32,000 nt of DNA from Geotalea daltonii FRC-32 (GTDB lineage Bacteria > Desulfobacterota > Desulfuromonadia > Geobacterales > Geobacteraceae), in the NCBI RefSeq assembly GCF_000022265.1, contig NC_011979.1, positions 3,690,001 through 3,722,000 of the forward strand, written 5' to 3'. The position numbers were made by a program, and so were the translations under genes. This document shows positions 1-10,100 of the stretch, one piece after another (position 1 is the first letter of the stretch; each line of letters begins with the position of its first letter). The notes below the pieces were generated by a model that ran no database searches, had not been told where the DNA came from, and worked only from the letters and a program-made list of their open reading frames with translations.

Positions 1-142
1 GCCATAAAAAGCAGCAGCCCTACCTGATCACCTGGCAGCTATGCTGTATTTCTGGCCTATCCGATACGACCTTGATTGGCTCAAACCTTGCTAGAACAGT
101 TCCCGGGTGTTAAGCAACAACCACTAAACAGGAGTCCATTTT

Positions 143-1612
143 ATGGCCACAACTGATAGTACAAGTCATCGTCTCACTGAAGAAGTTCTCGGATTTATTC
201 AAGCAGGAGTTGACGCCGAGCTTTCGGATGCCCAATTCAATGACTATTCAATGCAACTGTTCGCATTGCAGTACCAGAACAACGCCATCTTCAGGGAATT
301 CTGCGACGCCAAGAAAGTCAAACCGGGTGATATCAGTCGCTGGCAGGATGTCCCTTTGGTCTACAATGATGTCTTCAAGACACATCTGGTTGCATCTTTT
401 CCTTTGGAACAGTCGGTGATGGCATGTCTGACCGGCGGCACAACCAGCCTCACCCAGCGCGGTCGCATTTTCAGGGATGAGGACGGGAAACGCCTCGTCT
501 TTGGTGCAAACAGGATGATGACCGAATCATACCTGTTCCCCGATTTTGAGGAGGGAAAACGTTGCCGCATCCTCATCCTTGCTCCTAGCCCTGAACTGGC
601 ACCATCCATGGGAATGGCCATCGGCATGGATCAGACAAGACAGGCGTTCGGCACTCCGGACAGCATGTTCCTGCTTGGAAAAACCGGCATTGACGTGAAA
701 AACCTGCTTACAGCACTACACGAAGCTGAGTCAAGCGGGATACCTGTGGCACTGATCGGCGCAACCGCTGCATATGTCTATTTCTTCCAGGCCTGCCGCC
801 GGAAAAAAATGAAATTCAAGCTTCCCCCAGGAAGCCGAGTCTGCGACGGCGGCGGTTATCGTGGGCGCTTCGGCGTAGTTACCCGCGATGATTACTATGA
901 AATGGTCAGAGAGATACTTGACGTTCCGGATACCCACTGTGTAAACGTTCTCGGTGAAGCCGAAACCGCCACCAATTTGTTTGACGATGCATTACGCCGC
1001 CATATGAAAGGTCTTTCGCCCCGCAAACGGGTTCGTCCTGTACCTCCATGGTCACGGGTGCTGGCCATGAATATCGACGATCTCAGCCCTCTGCCCGATG
1101 GCGAAGTCGGCTTGCTCGCCCATTGGGACCTGGCCAATGTACCGACTGTACTGGCCGTCATAACCGACAACCTCGGTTACACAACTGATAACGGTACCGG
1201 CTGTGAAATGGTGGGGCGTGCCAAAATTGAGAACGGCAAGGTATCACCGCTGCCTGATGAGGACCGGACCATGGGTCCCATGGGCGACAATGCCGTTTTC
1301 AGGATGTTGGAAGCGTACACCAACTTTTCCATTGACCTGAAGATGCGCTTTGCCAAAAGCCCCAAGGTCAAACCGAGCATCAGGGAAGAGGTCGAAGCAC
1401 GTCCCGGTTCTCTGCCGTCATGTCCCCAGGTCGTCGATGAGATCCTGGTTTCTCAGGCGAGCAAAGAAGCCGCAGAACTGCGCGACGCAGCCCTTGGGGC
1501 ATTCAAGGATCAAACCGAGCGGCCGCTTGACTGGTACAAGGCCGAAGAGAAAAAACAGGAACTGAAGGATCACCCTGCGGGACTGCAATCGGAAAAACTG
1601 CCAAAAAAATAA
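143..1612 (+). CDS. LuxE-like acyl-protein synthetase / ANL-superfamily adenylate-forming enzyme with a charged C-terminal tail
   Basis: 489-aa ORF with AGGAG 8 nt upstream of the ATG. The N-terminus 'LFALQYQNNAIFREFC...WQDVPLVYNDVFK' resembles the LuxE-family N-terminal signature. 'LTGGTTS' is an adenylation P-loop-like motif. The last ~100 aa are Lys/Glu-rich low complexity. Confidence 0.5.
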   Translation: MATTDSTSHRLTEEVLGFIQAGVDAELSDAQFNDYSMQLFALQYQNNAIFREFCDAKKVKPGDISRWQDVPLVYNDVFKTHLVASFPLEQSVMACLTGGTTSLTQRGRIFRDEDGKRLVFGANRMMTESYLFPDFEEGKRCRILILAPSPELAPSMGMAIGMDQTRQAFGTPDSMFLLGKTGIDVKNLLTALHEAESSGIPVALIGATAAYVYFFQACRRKKMKFKLPPGSRVCDGGGYRGRFGVVTRDDYYEMVREILDVPDTHCVNVLGEAETATNLFDDALRRHMKGLSPRKRVRPVPPWSRVLAMNIDDLSPLPDGEVGLLAHWDLANVPTVLAVITDNLGYTTDNGTGCEMVGRAKIENGKVSPLPDEDRTMGPMGDNAVFRMLEAYTNFSIDLKMRFAKSPKVKPSIREEVEARPGSLPSCPQVVDEILVSQASKEAAELRDAALGAFKDQTERPLDWYKAEEKKQELKDHPAGLQSEKLPKK

Positions 1613-1626
1613 TTACCAATAAAAAT

Positions 1627-1653
1627 GGCGGTCAGGAAAACTTCCCGACCGCC
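1627..1653. terminator. Bidirectional intrinsic terminator hairpin between convergent genes
   Basis: GGCGGTC...GACCGCC stem. On the minus strand it is followed by ATTTTTATT, and on the plus strand by a weaker T-rich tract. It sits between the stop codons at 1612 and 1678. Confidence 0.6.
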
Positions 1654-1677
1654 AGATTATCTTTTAGCTGATTACGC

Positions 1678-3015
1678 TTATCCCATAATCTGTTTATCCC
1701 GGACAGCCCGCTGCTCTTCCTTCCATTTTTCATAGGCGATCTTCATCCCTTTGCGCACCGGCAGCTGATTCATCAGCGACAGGATATGGGCAAACGGAAA
1801 GCCAGACAGCGGCACATGACGCATATGGCTAAAGATCCTCCAGTTACTGAGAATTTCCAGAGATGTTTCGTAAAATGCCTCTTCTCGTGCTGCCGGTGTC
1901 ATTCGCGGATCGGGGTGATCAAAAAGTGCATATGCCCCGGTGTAATACTCCCAGCCAAGATCCTTATAGATGTATGGTTCATACTGACGACGCAACTCGG
2001 TACCCGGGTATGGCACAAGCAGCGAAGGATGCATGCTGACTCCCAGACGGTCCGCCAACTCCACGGAACGCTTGAAATCATCCAAGGAATCATTTCTCCC
2101 CCCCAGCATGTAAAACAATGAGACATCAATGCCATGGTCACGGAGGGTTCTGACGGCTCGTTCGCGGTCGACGCCAATTTTACCGTTTGCTTTGTAGGCG
2201 GTCAGAGAATCATCAGAAATGGCATCCCATCCCACCCAAACAGTCAGCATTCCGCTTTCCCGGGCGGCGTTCAGCATGCGTGAACCGCTGGGTGTCAATA
2301 CCGGGCGCAGGCTGCCGAAGCCCATCCACTTCTTGCCGCTCCCTCTAAGGGCAGTGAACATATCGATTGCACGCTGCTCGAATCCTTCCCACCAGATATT
2401 TTCATCTCCATTGATGTACATCTTCTCCGGAACGGCACAGACGTCACGCACCACATCCTCGATGGGGCGAAAGCGGATGCTTGCTCCATAAAAGGGTTTG
2501 ACTGAGCAGAAGGTGCAGTTATACGGGCAACCGCGGGAAGTATTGATGACACGGAACTGGTGCCCTCCGGAAAGTTTCCCGAAAAAGGGGGTTGGGAGAT
2601 CGTTGAGGGGGAGTTGCTCCCCCCGGTAGAACGGTTGCAGCCGGCCGGCCTTGAAGTCGCGCAGGACCTGCGGCCACGTTGATTCCGCCTCGCCGATGAC
2701 GACCGCATCCCCGTGGGATTTGGCCTCTTCCGGCATGGAGGAGGCATGGATACCGCCGAATACGACTTTTATGCCCTTAGCCCGAAGGGCATCGGCGATC
2801 ATATATCCCGGCACGGCTGTCGGGGTCAGGATGCTGATGGTTGCCAGGTCGCATTGGATTTTGTCGATGGCCTCGGGGGTGGCACTGGCGCTTATCAGCT
2901 CGATCTCGATATTGGGATCTTCCCTGTGCGTTAATGCCGCAAGATACTCAAGGATCGGCGGTGCGACCGGCGTCCAGCCGAAGGGAAGCGGAGGGAAGAT
3001 AATGCAGACTTTCAT
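1678..3015 (-). CDS. B12-binding domain radical SAM protein
   Basis: 445-aa ORF. The N-terminal Rossmann-like cobalamin-binding region is 'MKVCIIFPP...VVFGGIHAS'. The canonical radical SAM motif 'SRGCPYNCTFCS' (CX3CX2C) is present. GAAAGGTG lies upstream of the ATG. Confidence 0.85.
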   Translation of the reverse strand: MKVCIIFPPLPFGWTPVAPPILEYLAALTHREDPNIEIELISASATPEAIDKIQCDLATISILTPTAVPGYMIADALRAKGIKVVFGGIHASSMPEEAKSHGDAVVIGEAESTWPQVLRDFKAGRLQPFYRGEQLPLNDLPTPFFGKLSGGHQFRVINTSRGCPYNCTFCSVKPFYGASIRFRPIEDVVRDVCAVPEKMYINGDENIWWEGFEQRAIDMFTALRGSGKKWMGFGSLRPVLTPSGSRMLNAARESGMLTVWVGWDAISDDSLTAYKANGKIGVDRERAVRTLRDHGIDVSLFYMLGGRNDSLDDFKRSVELADRLGVSMHPSLLVPYPGTELRRQYEPYIYKDLGWEYYTGAYALFDHPDPRMTPAAREEAFYETSLEILSNWRIFSHMRHVPLSGFPFAHILSLMNQLPVRKGMKIAYEKWKEEQRAVRDKQIMG

Positions 3016-3058
3016 TTATAAAGCACCTTTCAAACTGCAACAACAGCGGAAACAAACA

Positions 3059-3592
3059 TCAGAGATCGAGTTTTTGGTTAGCATATATGGCATCGAGTAC
3101 CACCTTTGCATCAGCCCTGGGTGTTCGGTAAATCCTTCCGCCGCTTCGTATTTCGACGTTTGTCATCATCGCCAAACCATAGGCACCATCCGGATAGATG
3201 ACGAACTTTACTTCTATCCCTCTGGCGGTGATACCGGCGCTCCTCTTCTTGAAATCGAAAAGACCGGTGGGAATGTAGCCGACAAAGTCCACGAAGATAT
3301 TACCGTTCGCGGCCCTGGTCTCGCGCCATTCCCTCTTTTTGAAATACCCGTATTTGCCGAAAGCTTCGCCTATGGGCATTTTCGGGTATCCGGGAAGAAT
3401 GGCCTTCTGAATGACACCGGCCATATCCGTGGGACCTGCACTCGAACCGCTGGCGGTAGAGTGCGGAGATTGGTTCATGGCAGGAGTCACGCTTGGGACG
3501 ACGACACCTCGTTTTTCAAGTCCGGGCATGGCGTCAGCAGTGCCTAACAGTCCTACGATGCTGATTGCCGTAATCAATGTCATTGCGCGCAC
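3059..3592 (-). CDS. Secreted hypothetical protein (signal peptide, no recognisable domain)
   Basis: 177-aa ORF with a GTG start preceded by AAGGGG at 7 nt. The N-terminal hydrophobic segment 'MTLITAISIVGLLGTADA' looks like a signal peptide. No Cys or heme motifs. Confidence 0.55.
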   Translation of the reverse strand: MRAMTLITAISIVGLLGTADAMPGLEKRGVVVPSVTPAMNQSPHSTASGSSAGPTDMAGVIQKAILPGYPKMPIGEAFGKYGYFKKREWRETRAANGNIFVDFVGYIPTGLFDFKKRSAGITARGIEVKFVIYPDGAYGLAMMTNVEIRSGGRIYRTPRADAKVVLDAIYANQKLDL

Positions 3593-3611
3593 AGGTCAAC
3601 CCCTTTTCTTA

Positions 3612-4439
3612 CTAATTATGCTCGATGCGGAACCCGGAATGGAAGGTCTCCACACCGAAAGGGATACCCCAGTAACTTACGATCATGAAGATCAAAGCTA
3701 TCAACGCATACCAGGCAAGCCTGGTGCCTCGCCACCCAAAAGTAATGCGCAAGTGGAGATAAATCCCATAGACCAGCCATGAAACGAGCGACCAGACCTC
3801 CACCGGATCCCATCCCCAATAATTACCTTTTACCTGGTTCGACCAGAAGCAGCCTGAAATCATCATCAATCCATACATGATAAAGCCGCCAGAAACAAAG
3901 CGGTAAGACAACAGATCCAGTGCACCAAGGTCAGGCAACTTGTCATAAATCCCGCCCGATTTTCTTTCTTTCAGAAGGTACATCAGCCCTATGCCGGCAG
4001 CCACAAGTACGGAAGCAAATCCTGATGAGGCCCCTACTATGTGGACCCAAATCCACCCACTTTGCAATGCCGGGGAGAGTGACGTGGCTACTTCTTTCAT
4101 CATTGTTCCAGCCCAGCCGAGCAGTACAAAGGCCACCGGGATGACCAGCACCCCCAACGGCCGCAACCTCTTTGTGAACGCCTGAAAAGCGACAAAAATG
4201 AGGACCGCCATAAAGGTCCCAAGGGTAAGCGACTCGGAAATGTCGATAAACGGCGTGATGCCCGTTGCCGACCAGCGAAGGGCAATGGCTATGACATGGG
4301 GAATAAAACCAGCCACTGCGCTGTAGAGGCCAATGGTGAACAACTTCTCCTGTTTGGCAATCATGCCGAAGATATAACTAAAGGTACTCACGCCATACAG
4401 TGAAACAGCTGCCCAGAAAAACATCAGTGCCGGCTTCAT
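3612..4439 (-). CDS. ccsA: Cytochrome c biogenesis protein CcsA/ResC (System II heme lyase subunit)
   Basis: 275-aa polytopic membrane protein with the Trp-rich WWD-type motif 'YWGWDPVEVWSLVSWLVYGIYLH' and flanking conserved His residues. Strong SD AAGGGGGA upstream of the ATG. Confidence 0.85.
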   Translation of the reverse strand: MKPALMFFWAAVSLYGVSTFSYIFGMIAKQEKLFTIGLYSAVAGFIPHVIAIALRWSATGITPFIDISESLTLGTFMAVLIFVAFQAFTKRLRPLGVLVIPVAFVLLGWAGTMMKEVATSLSPALQSGWIWVHIVGASSGFASVLVAAGIGLMYLLKERKSGGIYDKLPDLGALDLLSYRFVSGGFIMYGLMMISGCFWSNQVKGNYWGWDPVEVWSLVSWLVYGIYLHLRITFGWRGTRLAWYALIALIFMIVSYWGIPFGVETFHSGFRIEHN

Positions 4440-4482
4440 TGTTCATCCCCCTTGTATACTAGAAATTCATTGGTAGTCGGCA

Positions 4483-5643
4483 TCACATCCGACTTCGCAT
4501 CATCCGCCCAATGGTTGTAATAAGCATCCCAGCCAGCCCTATCCAGAGGCTTGTCAACACTATCGGCTTGCCCGGTTCGTAACGAACGTTCATAGCCACC
4601 CAATAGCGGACCTCTTTCGGAGTAAGTCGGTAGCCAAAGGCAGAGAATGATTGCCCCACCGCAACCCTACCCTCTTTGATAATAAAGTCTCTGACTTCTT
4701 TATGGTCCTTTCCCAAAGGCATTACCACATAAGACACATCCCCGCCACCATAATTTGTGGAGGAAGGAGAGAAAGCAAGCTGCAATTCCATAAGCGGTCG
4801 CATGGGGTCCTGAGGAAACATAAACGGAGCAGGACCTTCTTTAGTGCCGGTGGTATATAGAAATGACTCGTCCTTTTGCCTTAGGCTCTGCAGAGGAAAA
4901 TGGGCTCCATATATTTCCTTGCCGGTGGAGTCGTTAAGTACCACCAGCAGTGAATATCCCTCCCGGTCCGTATAGTAAGTGAGTCCATGATGGGTCAGAT
5001 TATGGGTAATGTAGATAATGCCGTGACTCTTACGTCCGCTTTCGCCGACCTCGATCTCGTATGCAGCGCGTTTATCTTCTTTACCAACCCGGTACCCACG
5101 GTGCATTTTTATCAAGGATGCCTCACCTTTAAGGCGATCAATGGAAAAAAAACGCCCGTGCTCATACTTATCATAGCTGTTGAAATCGCCGCTGGGTAGA
5201 ATTTCCCCTTCGGTAAGTCTGATGTTTCCTCGAAAATAGAAGAGGCTGTTAAATACAATTCCGCAGAGAATAGCCACAAAGCTGATATGGAAAAGGATCA
5301 TGCCGAAGGAGATGATGGTGAGTTTTCTGTGCCAGATCCTGCCGAAAAAGCAGCAGGCCACATTTACGACAAGCAGCACCAGGATGCTGTTGAACCAGAG
5401 AGTGCTGAAGATCAATTCCCAGGCCCGTATTCCGCGGATTATCGTGACCCCGACAATACTGCATATCAAGATTGTCACAAGGAGCAGCATGGCTAATCTA
5501 GCCGATGCCAGGAAATCGTAGATCAGCCGAATTGTCTTGTGCACCGGGTGAAAGCGCGGCTGAAGAGGATAACTCTCCGGCTGTTCATCGGGACATGTCT
5601 CTGAATGAAGTTCGGTTTTATCTTGTAATTGCGACATTTCCAC
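4483..5643 (-). CDS. Cytochrome c biogenesis protein ResB/CcsB
   Basis: 386-aa ORF. Its ResB-type N-terminus is 'FLASARLAMLLLVTILICSIVGVTII...LWFNSILVLLVVNVACC'. It has a large central soluble domain and a C-terminal TM segment. It lies directly upstream of ccsA. The start is GTG at 5643 or ATG at 5637. Confidence 0.8.
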   Translation of the reverse strand: MEMSQLQDKTELHSETCPDEQPESYPLQPRFHPVHKTIRLIYDFLASARLAMLLLVTILICSIVGVTIIRGIRAWELIFSTLWFNSILVLLVVNVACCFFGRIWHRKLTIISFGMILFHISFVAILCGIVFNSLFYFRGNIRLTEGEILPSGDFNSYDKYEHGRFFSIDRLKGEASLIKMHRGYRVGKEDKRAAYEIEVGESGRKSHGIIYITHNLTHHGLTYYTDREGYSLLVVLNDSTGKEIYGAHFPLQSLRQKDESFLYTTGTKEGPAPFMFPQDPMRPLMELQLAFSPSSTNYGGGDVSYVVMPLGKDHKEVRDFIIKEGRVAVGQSFSAFGYRLTPKEVRYWVAMNVRYEPGKPIVLTSLWIGLAGMLITTIGRMMRSRM

Positions 5644-5779
5644 CTGCCGGCATGGATAATTTGTTCAAGGGAGAAATGATTTTAAAAGTCTGCAACCGCT
5701 GGTTCCCCAGCTCATCGCCACGATAAACCTAGCATAAATAATACAGCCGGTGCAACCAGATCCTGCCTAGAGATGGTTA

Positions 5780-7072
5780 TCAGAATAGGTTATCAACCTT
5801 CCACCAGAGAGTGCGACCGACTTTGGCACCATACCCGACAGTTTTACCGTCAGGAAATACCTGAATGTCCCATACCCCATCGTAATGAGGCAGTTCTCTG
5901 ACAGTATGACCTTGCAGGTCAGCGACAACGGCAAATCGCTCCCCATCCTTACGGGTACGATATACCACATGATTTCCATTCGGAATAAATTGCGGCGTAA
6001 CAACCTTGTCAAAGGCCGGACCATTTGCACCGTTCACCACAATAAAATTCTTAGGGCCGATTGCTGCGCCATAAACGAAATTCGATCCGTTTCGGCTAAA
6101 AGAAGGGAAATTTATGGAGTCATATGTATTGCCGGTATTTTTGCCGTTTAGAAAGGAAACAACTTTCCCGCCAAGAAAGCCAGTGTGGATGGTGTTGCCT
6201 GTTGAAGAAACCACCAGCTCAAAGACAGACTGGAGATTGTCGGTCTTATGCTTTACTCCGTCGACAACCAGGAAGGTTTCCCCCCTCTGACTCGCCAGAA
6301 AGGCAAGATGTTTGCCATTTTCAGAAAGATCCAAGGCAAAGATTTGATCGTACCACTCAGTTTCAACGGGCTTGGGGGCCGAACCATCGAGATCCAGCAT
6401 TATAACGGCACTCTGGCCATTCAAGGTAGCAGAATAAGCCAGATGTGTCTGTAATTCATCAAGGTTAACAAAACTTATGGAGTCATAATTCCTGTCTGTG
6501 ACACAACTTTTAAGCTTTTCACTGCAAATATGCAGAGCACTACCCTTTTGCTCTGCGACAAAGGCTACTTTTTTGGGGGAGGAAAGGAGAAAGGTATCGG
6601 AAATTGTGCCCTTGAAGGGTTCAATCTCCTTCCCATCCGATACCATCAGGGATTGGTCGCCTTGGGTTGCCGAATATATAACACGGCCGCTCCTGCTATA
6701 GGCAAGGTGGTTAATAGTGTCGTAGCTTTTTCCTTCCTTACCGTCCACGACCACAAGTTCTTTGCCCCCCTTTCTTGCGATATAGGCACACTCTGACCCC
6801 GATGGTGAAAATGCCGGACCTCGAACATGCTCGTAAAAGATACCCATCTTGTCGTTGATAACCATCGCTTCCTTACCGTTGGACTTCACGGCATACGCAA
6901 CCTTATTACCATCATCACTGAATAAGGCGTCGTCAAACTCAGCACCTTCAGGAATGTTTGCCAGGAGCGTAGATTTGGTGTTCAAGTCAGGTGATGTGGA
7001 ATGAGAACCTTTCTTGCAAGCGGAAAAAGCGAATATAACGACAATCATAGACAGAAGTATGCGCATTCTCAT
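5780..7072 (-). CDS. Lipoprotein with repeated beta-propeller-like (TolB/PD40-like) units
   Basis: 430-aa ORF with GGAGG 5 nt upstream of the ATG. The lipobox is 'IFAFSAC'. There are about 8-9 degenerate ~40-aa units of the form 'S.dG..vAY.a...gk..vvvdGk....yd.i'. Confidence 0.6.
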   Translation of the reverse strand: MRMRILLSMIVVIFAFSACKKGSHSTSPDLNTKSTLLANIPEGAEFDDALFSDDGNKVAYAVKSNGKEAMVINDKMGIFYEHVRGPAFSPSGSECAYIARKGGKELVVVDGKEGKSYDTINHLAYSRSGRVIYSATQGDQSLMVSDGKEIEPFKGTISDTFLLSSPKKVAFVAEQKGSALHICSEKLKSCVTDRNYDSISFVNLDELQTHLAYSATLNGQSAVIMLDLDGSAPKPVETEWYDQIFALDLSENGKHLAFLASQRGETFLVVDGVKHKTDNLQSVFELVVSSTGNTIHTGFLGGKVVSFLNGKNTGNTYDSINFPSFSRNGSNFVYGAAIGPKNFIVVNGANGPAFDKVVTPQFIPNGNHVVYRTRKDGERFAVVADLQGHTVRELPHYDGVWDIQVFPDGKTVGYGAKVGRTLWWKVDNLF

Positions 7073-7130
7073 GTTAACCTCCGGTTGCAGAAATCATTCT
7101 GGATTTGGTCATGTCGAGCAGTATCAGTTC

Positions 7131-7163
7131 AAAAAAAAAAGCCCCACCCTTATGGGCGGGGCT
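7131..7163 (-). terminator. Rho-independent terminator after the giant cytochrome gene
   Basis: The minus strand reads GCCCCGCCC-ATAA-GGGTGGGGC followed by T10, 26 nt after the stop codon at 7189. Confidence 0.85.
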
Positions 7164-7188
7164 GAAGAACAATTAACTGACCCGGTGG

Positions 7189-10100
7189 CTAATAGGTACC
7201 GCCAACCGTATAGGTCTTGCCGGACTGGTTGGAACATGCGCCTCCGGTATAGGAAACCATGGAACATTGCGGACTGTAGGTACTTGAGCCGATCATCCGC
7301 GGTTGGTGGTTGCTCAGATTCATCCTGTTACGGATAAAGGCATACGGTCTGGTGTTCACCTGAGCAGGGGTGCCTGCCGATCCAAGCCACCGGACAGTTG
7401 CGGTAGCGCCTGTGGTCGGCAAGGCGTTGGTTCCGTGGAAGTTATCCGACCTTGCCGGGCGGGTGCCTGTGTTGGCATCTGCATGACAGTAATGACAGTT
7501 AAGGAAGGTAGTGCCGTTCATATCACCCGAAGTTGTAGTAAAGGCCGAACCGGTTGCGCCGGTATTGTGGCCCGGATAAGTATAGGTGAGGTGACATGAT
7601 GAGCAATGTGTCGGGCTGGACACATAAATAGTACCATTGGTCGTGGCGTTGCCGCCGCGAATCAGAACGTTGGCGTCGCCATGGGCTGAAATGGTGCGGA
7701 GTGTCTTCATTCCGGTAGTCTGGCCGGTGTTGTGACAATCGAAGCAACTCATAATTACACCAGAAGACTTTGTCCCAGAGGTACCGCGGGTGCCGGTCGG
7801 TTTGTAGGGATCGGCAAGTCGGGCAGCGGTTGGGTAGTCAGCCGAGCGGGCGGCACGTACCGGGTGCTTGGATGAGTTGGTCGGGTCGAACTGGCTGAAG
7901 GCATTAAGCACAGTATATCCTCCGCCAAAAGGAGCAGTGGGAGTTGGAGATGTTCCAGCTCTTGCCGTGGTGTTCGCAGCACCTCCAGAATCATGGCAGG
8001 TGAGGCAGAATTTCTGGGTAATTACACTGGCAACTGTATTGTTGATGGCCGAAGACCGGGTTCCTGAAGCAAATGATGTTGAGAAACGCTGGAAGGTGAA
8101 TGCCGCATTGTTATTATCGGTAATGGCAACCTCACCACTGCCATCGGGGTTCCGGAGATCGATATTTCCATCAGCGTGATATTTGGAGGTTTTCTGGGTG
8201 GTGAAGTTGCCCTCCAGGTGGCAGACGATACAGTCAGCATCTGCGACTGCGGTACGAGTTGATTTCTTGTGCCCGTAAGTCTTGCCGAACTCGGCCGTTA
8301 CAGCAGCAAGTTGCTTCCCTGGCCGGCCTTTCGTACGGGTGATGGCCGCTGCATGGCAATCGGTACACTTAAGGGTATTGAGCCCCCAGGTGGTGGTAAT
8401 GTGACAAGCAAGGGTACAGGTGGAGTAGCCGGAATTTGCCGGATGCTTGGCAACGTTGGCCGGGTAGCCCTGGTTCGTAACATCGATGTCTGTGTCGCCA
8501 TGGGCTGCGTTGGCATAGCTCTGGGTTACTGTATTGGAGACGGCGCCGGTATGGCACTCATCACAGATATAACGGCCATAGTTCATGTGAGCCGAATGAC
8601 TGCCGGTGTTGGGACCCTTCTGGTTGGAAGGTGAGGAGTAGGTAATGAAAGCGCCGGCTACGTTGTGGCATGCGCCACAACCTGCGCCCGTGCTGCCCCA
8701 GGCTGGTGTCGAGCCAGCGCCTGAGCCGTAGGGGCTTCCATGACAGGTTGTGCTGCAAGTGCGGTTACTGTAACCATCGTTGGCTGGGTGCTTGGTAACG
8801 TTAGTCTGGTAGCCGACGTTTACTATGTCGATATCACCATCGGTGTGACCATTGGCAACTGACGGTGCGGCGGTTGCCGAAGTCCCTGTCGCGTGGCAGT
8901 TGGTACATGCATAGGCGCTGTGAGTACCATGGCCGCCGGTTGCCGGGCCACTTGCGCCGATAGGATAGGCGGAGTGGCAGGCGGAGCAACCATTGTTGGT
9001 GGTGCCCCATTGTGGCGTGAGTGATGATCCCGTGGTGCTGTAGACATTGCCATGGCAGCTTGCGCTAGAACATTTTGAGGTTGCGCTGCTCCAGCCAAGT
9101 GCCGAGTCAAGATTTACGACAGCAGGGTTGGTGGTGGTGTTACCACTATTTCCGGGCCCGTGATCGGCATTGCCGCCGGAGCCGCCGATATTGTGGCAAG
9201 TGGTACAACCGTTGGTAGCGGCCGGGACGTGGACGGAGTGATTGCCTGCTACATCCGGGTGAACGGTGCCGTTAGGTTCGCCGGTACCGCCTGCAGCACC
9301 ATGGCAGCTGCCGCAGCCGATGTTGGCGGTCAGAGGATCCCCCTTGGTGTGACAGGACTGACAGTTAGGTGGCGTGCCGCCAGTCGCTGGGTAGGTACCA
9401 GCAGGTGTACTGTTGGTATGGCAGCCTATGCCGCTGGAACAATCGGTGTGGCCGGCACTGGTAGCATAAAGTGGAACAGTGTGGCCATTGCCCTTGAAGC
9501 CTTTGTTGTGGGGGTGGCACTTGATGCATTCCGCCCGGTTGTAATGGGTATTGGAAGTCACGGATTTACCGACTGACTTGACGGAAGAGCTATATTGATG
9601 GAAATTTGTCTGGTGGTGGCAGACTTCGCAGATATTGGTCGAACGGTTCAGGGTCGACCGCTGATCGTTACCGAAGAGATCCATGGCATTCGTCACGGTG
9701 GAGGTCATCCGTGAGAAGGTAACGCTTCTTGTGCCTGTTGGGGTGGCAATCTGCTGAGCAACCTGCTTGACGTTATTGGTACCGGCGGTGTGGCACCAGG
9801 TGCAGTCTTTGCCGGCGCCCCAATTGCCGTAGCCTTTGGCGTTGCTTGGATCAAGATTCGCTGCACTGTGCATCAGGGGATTTACGTAGGCAGTAGTGGA
9901 AGTAGACCCGGTCACTATGCCGTTTGCCGGGGTGCGGCCATCAGCGTCAGTGAATGTCGCCTGGAAATAGTAGATAGTTGATTCAGCAAGGTTATTGATG
10001 GTAGCAACATAGGAGCTGCCGGATTTTGCGGAGGTTGCTGTGTTAGGATAGGTCCCATTGACAGTACCCCACTTGATGACACAGCTGTTATTGTTGTTAT

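Noticed and set aside
33-48. Sigma54-like element 'TGGCAGCTATGCTGTA' upstream of the LuxE-like gene, plus a second candidate on the minus strand at 12133-12150 ('TGGTTCCTCGCTATTGCA').
   Set aside because: The first lacks the conserved -12 GC (it has GT). The second has GG-to-GC spacing 2 nt too long. Neither is near an obvious enhancer-binding-protein gene.
2651-3547. 298-aa plus-strand ORF spanning the rSAM/secreted-protein junction.
   Set aside because: It is antisense to two minus-strand genes with clear motifs and SD sequences, and its own translation has no motifs.
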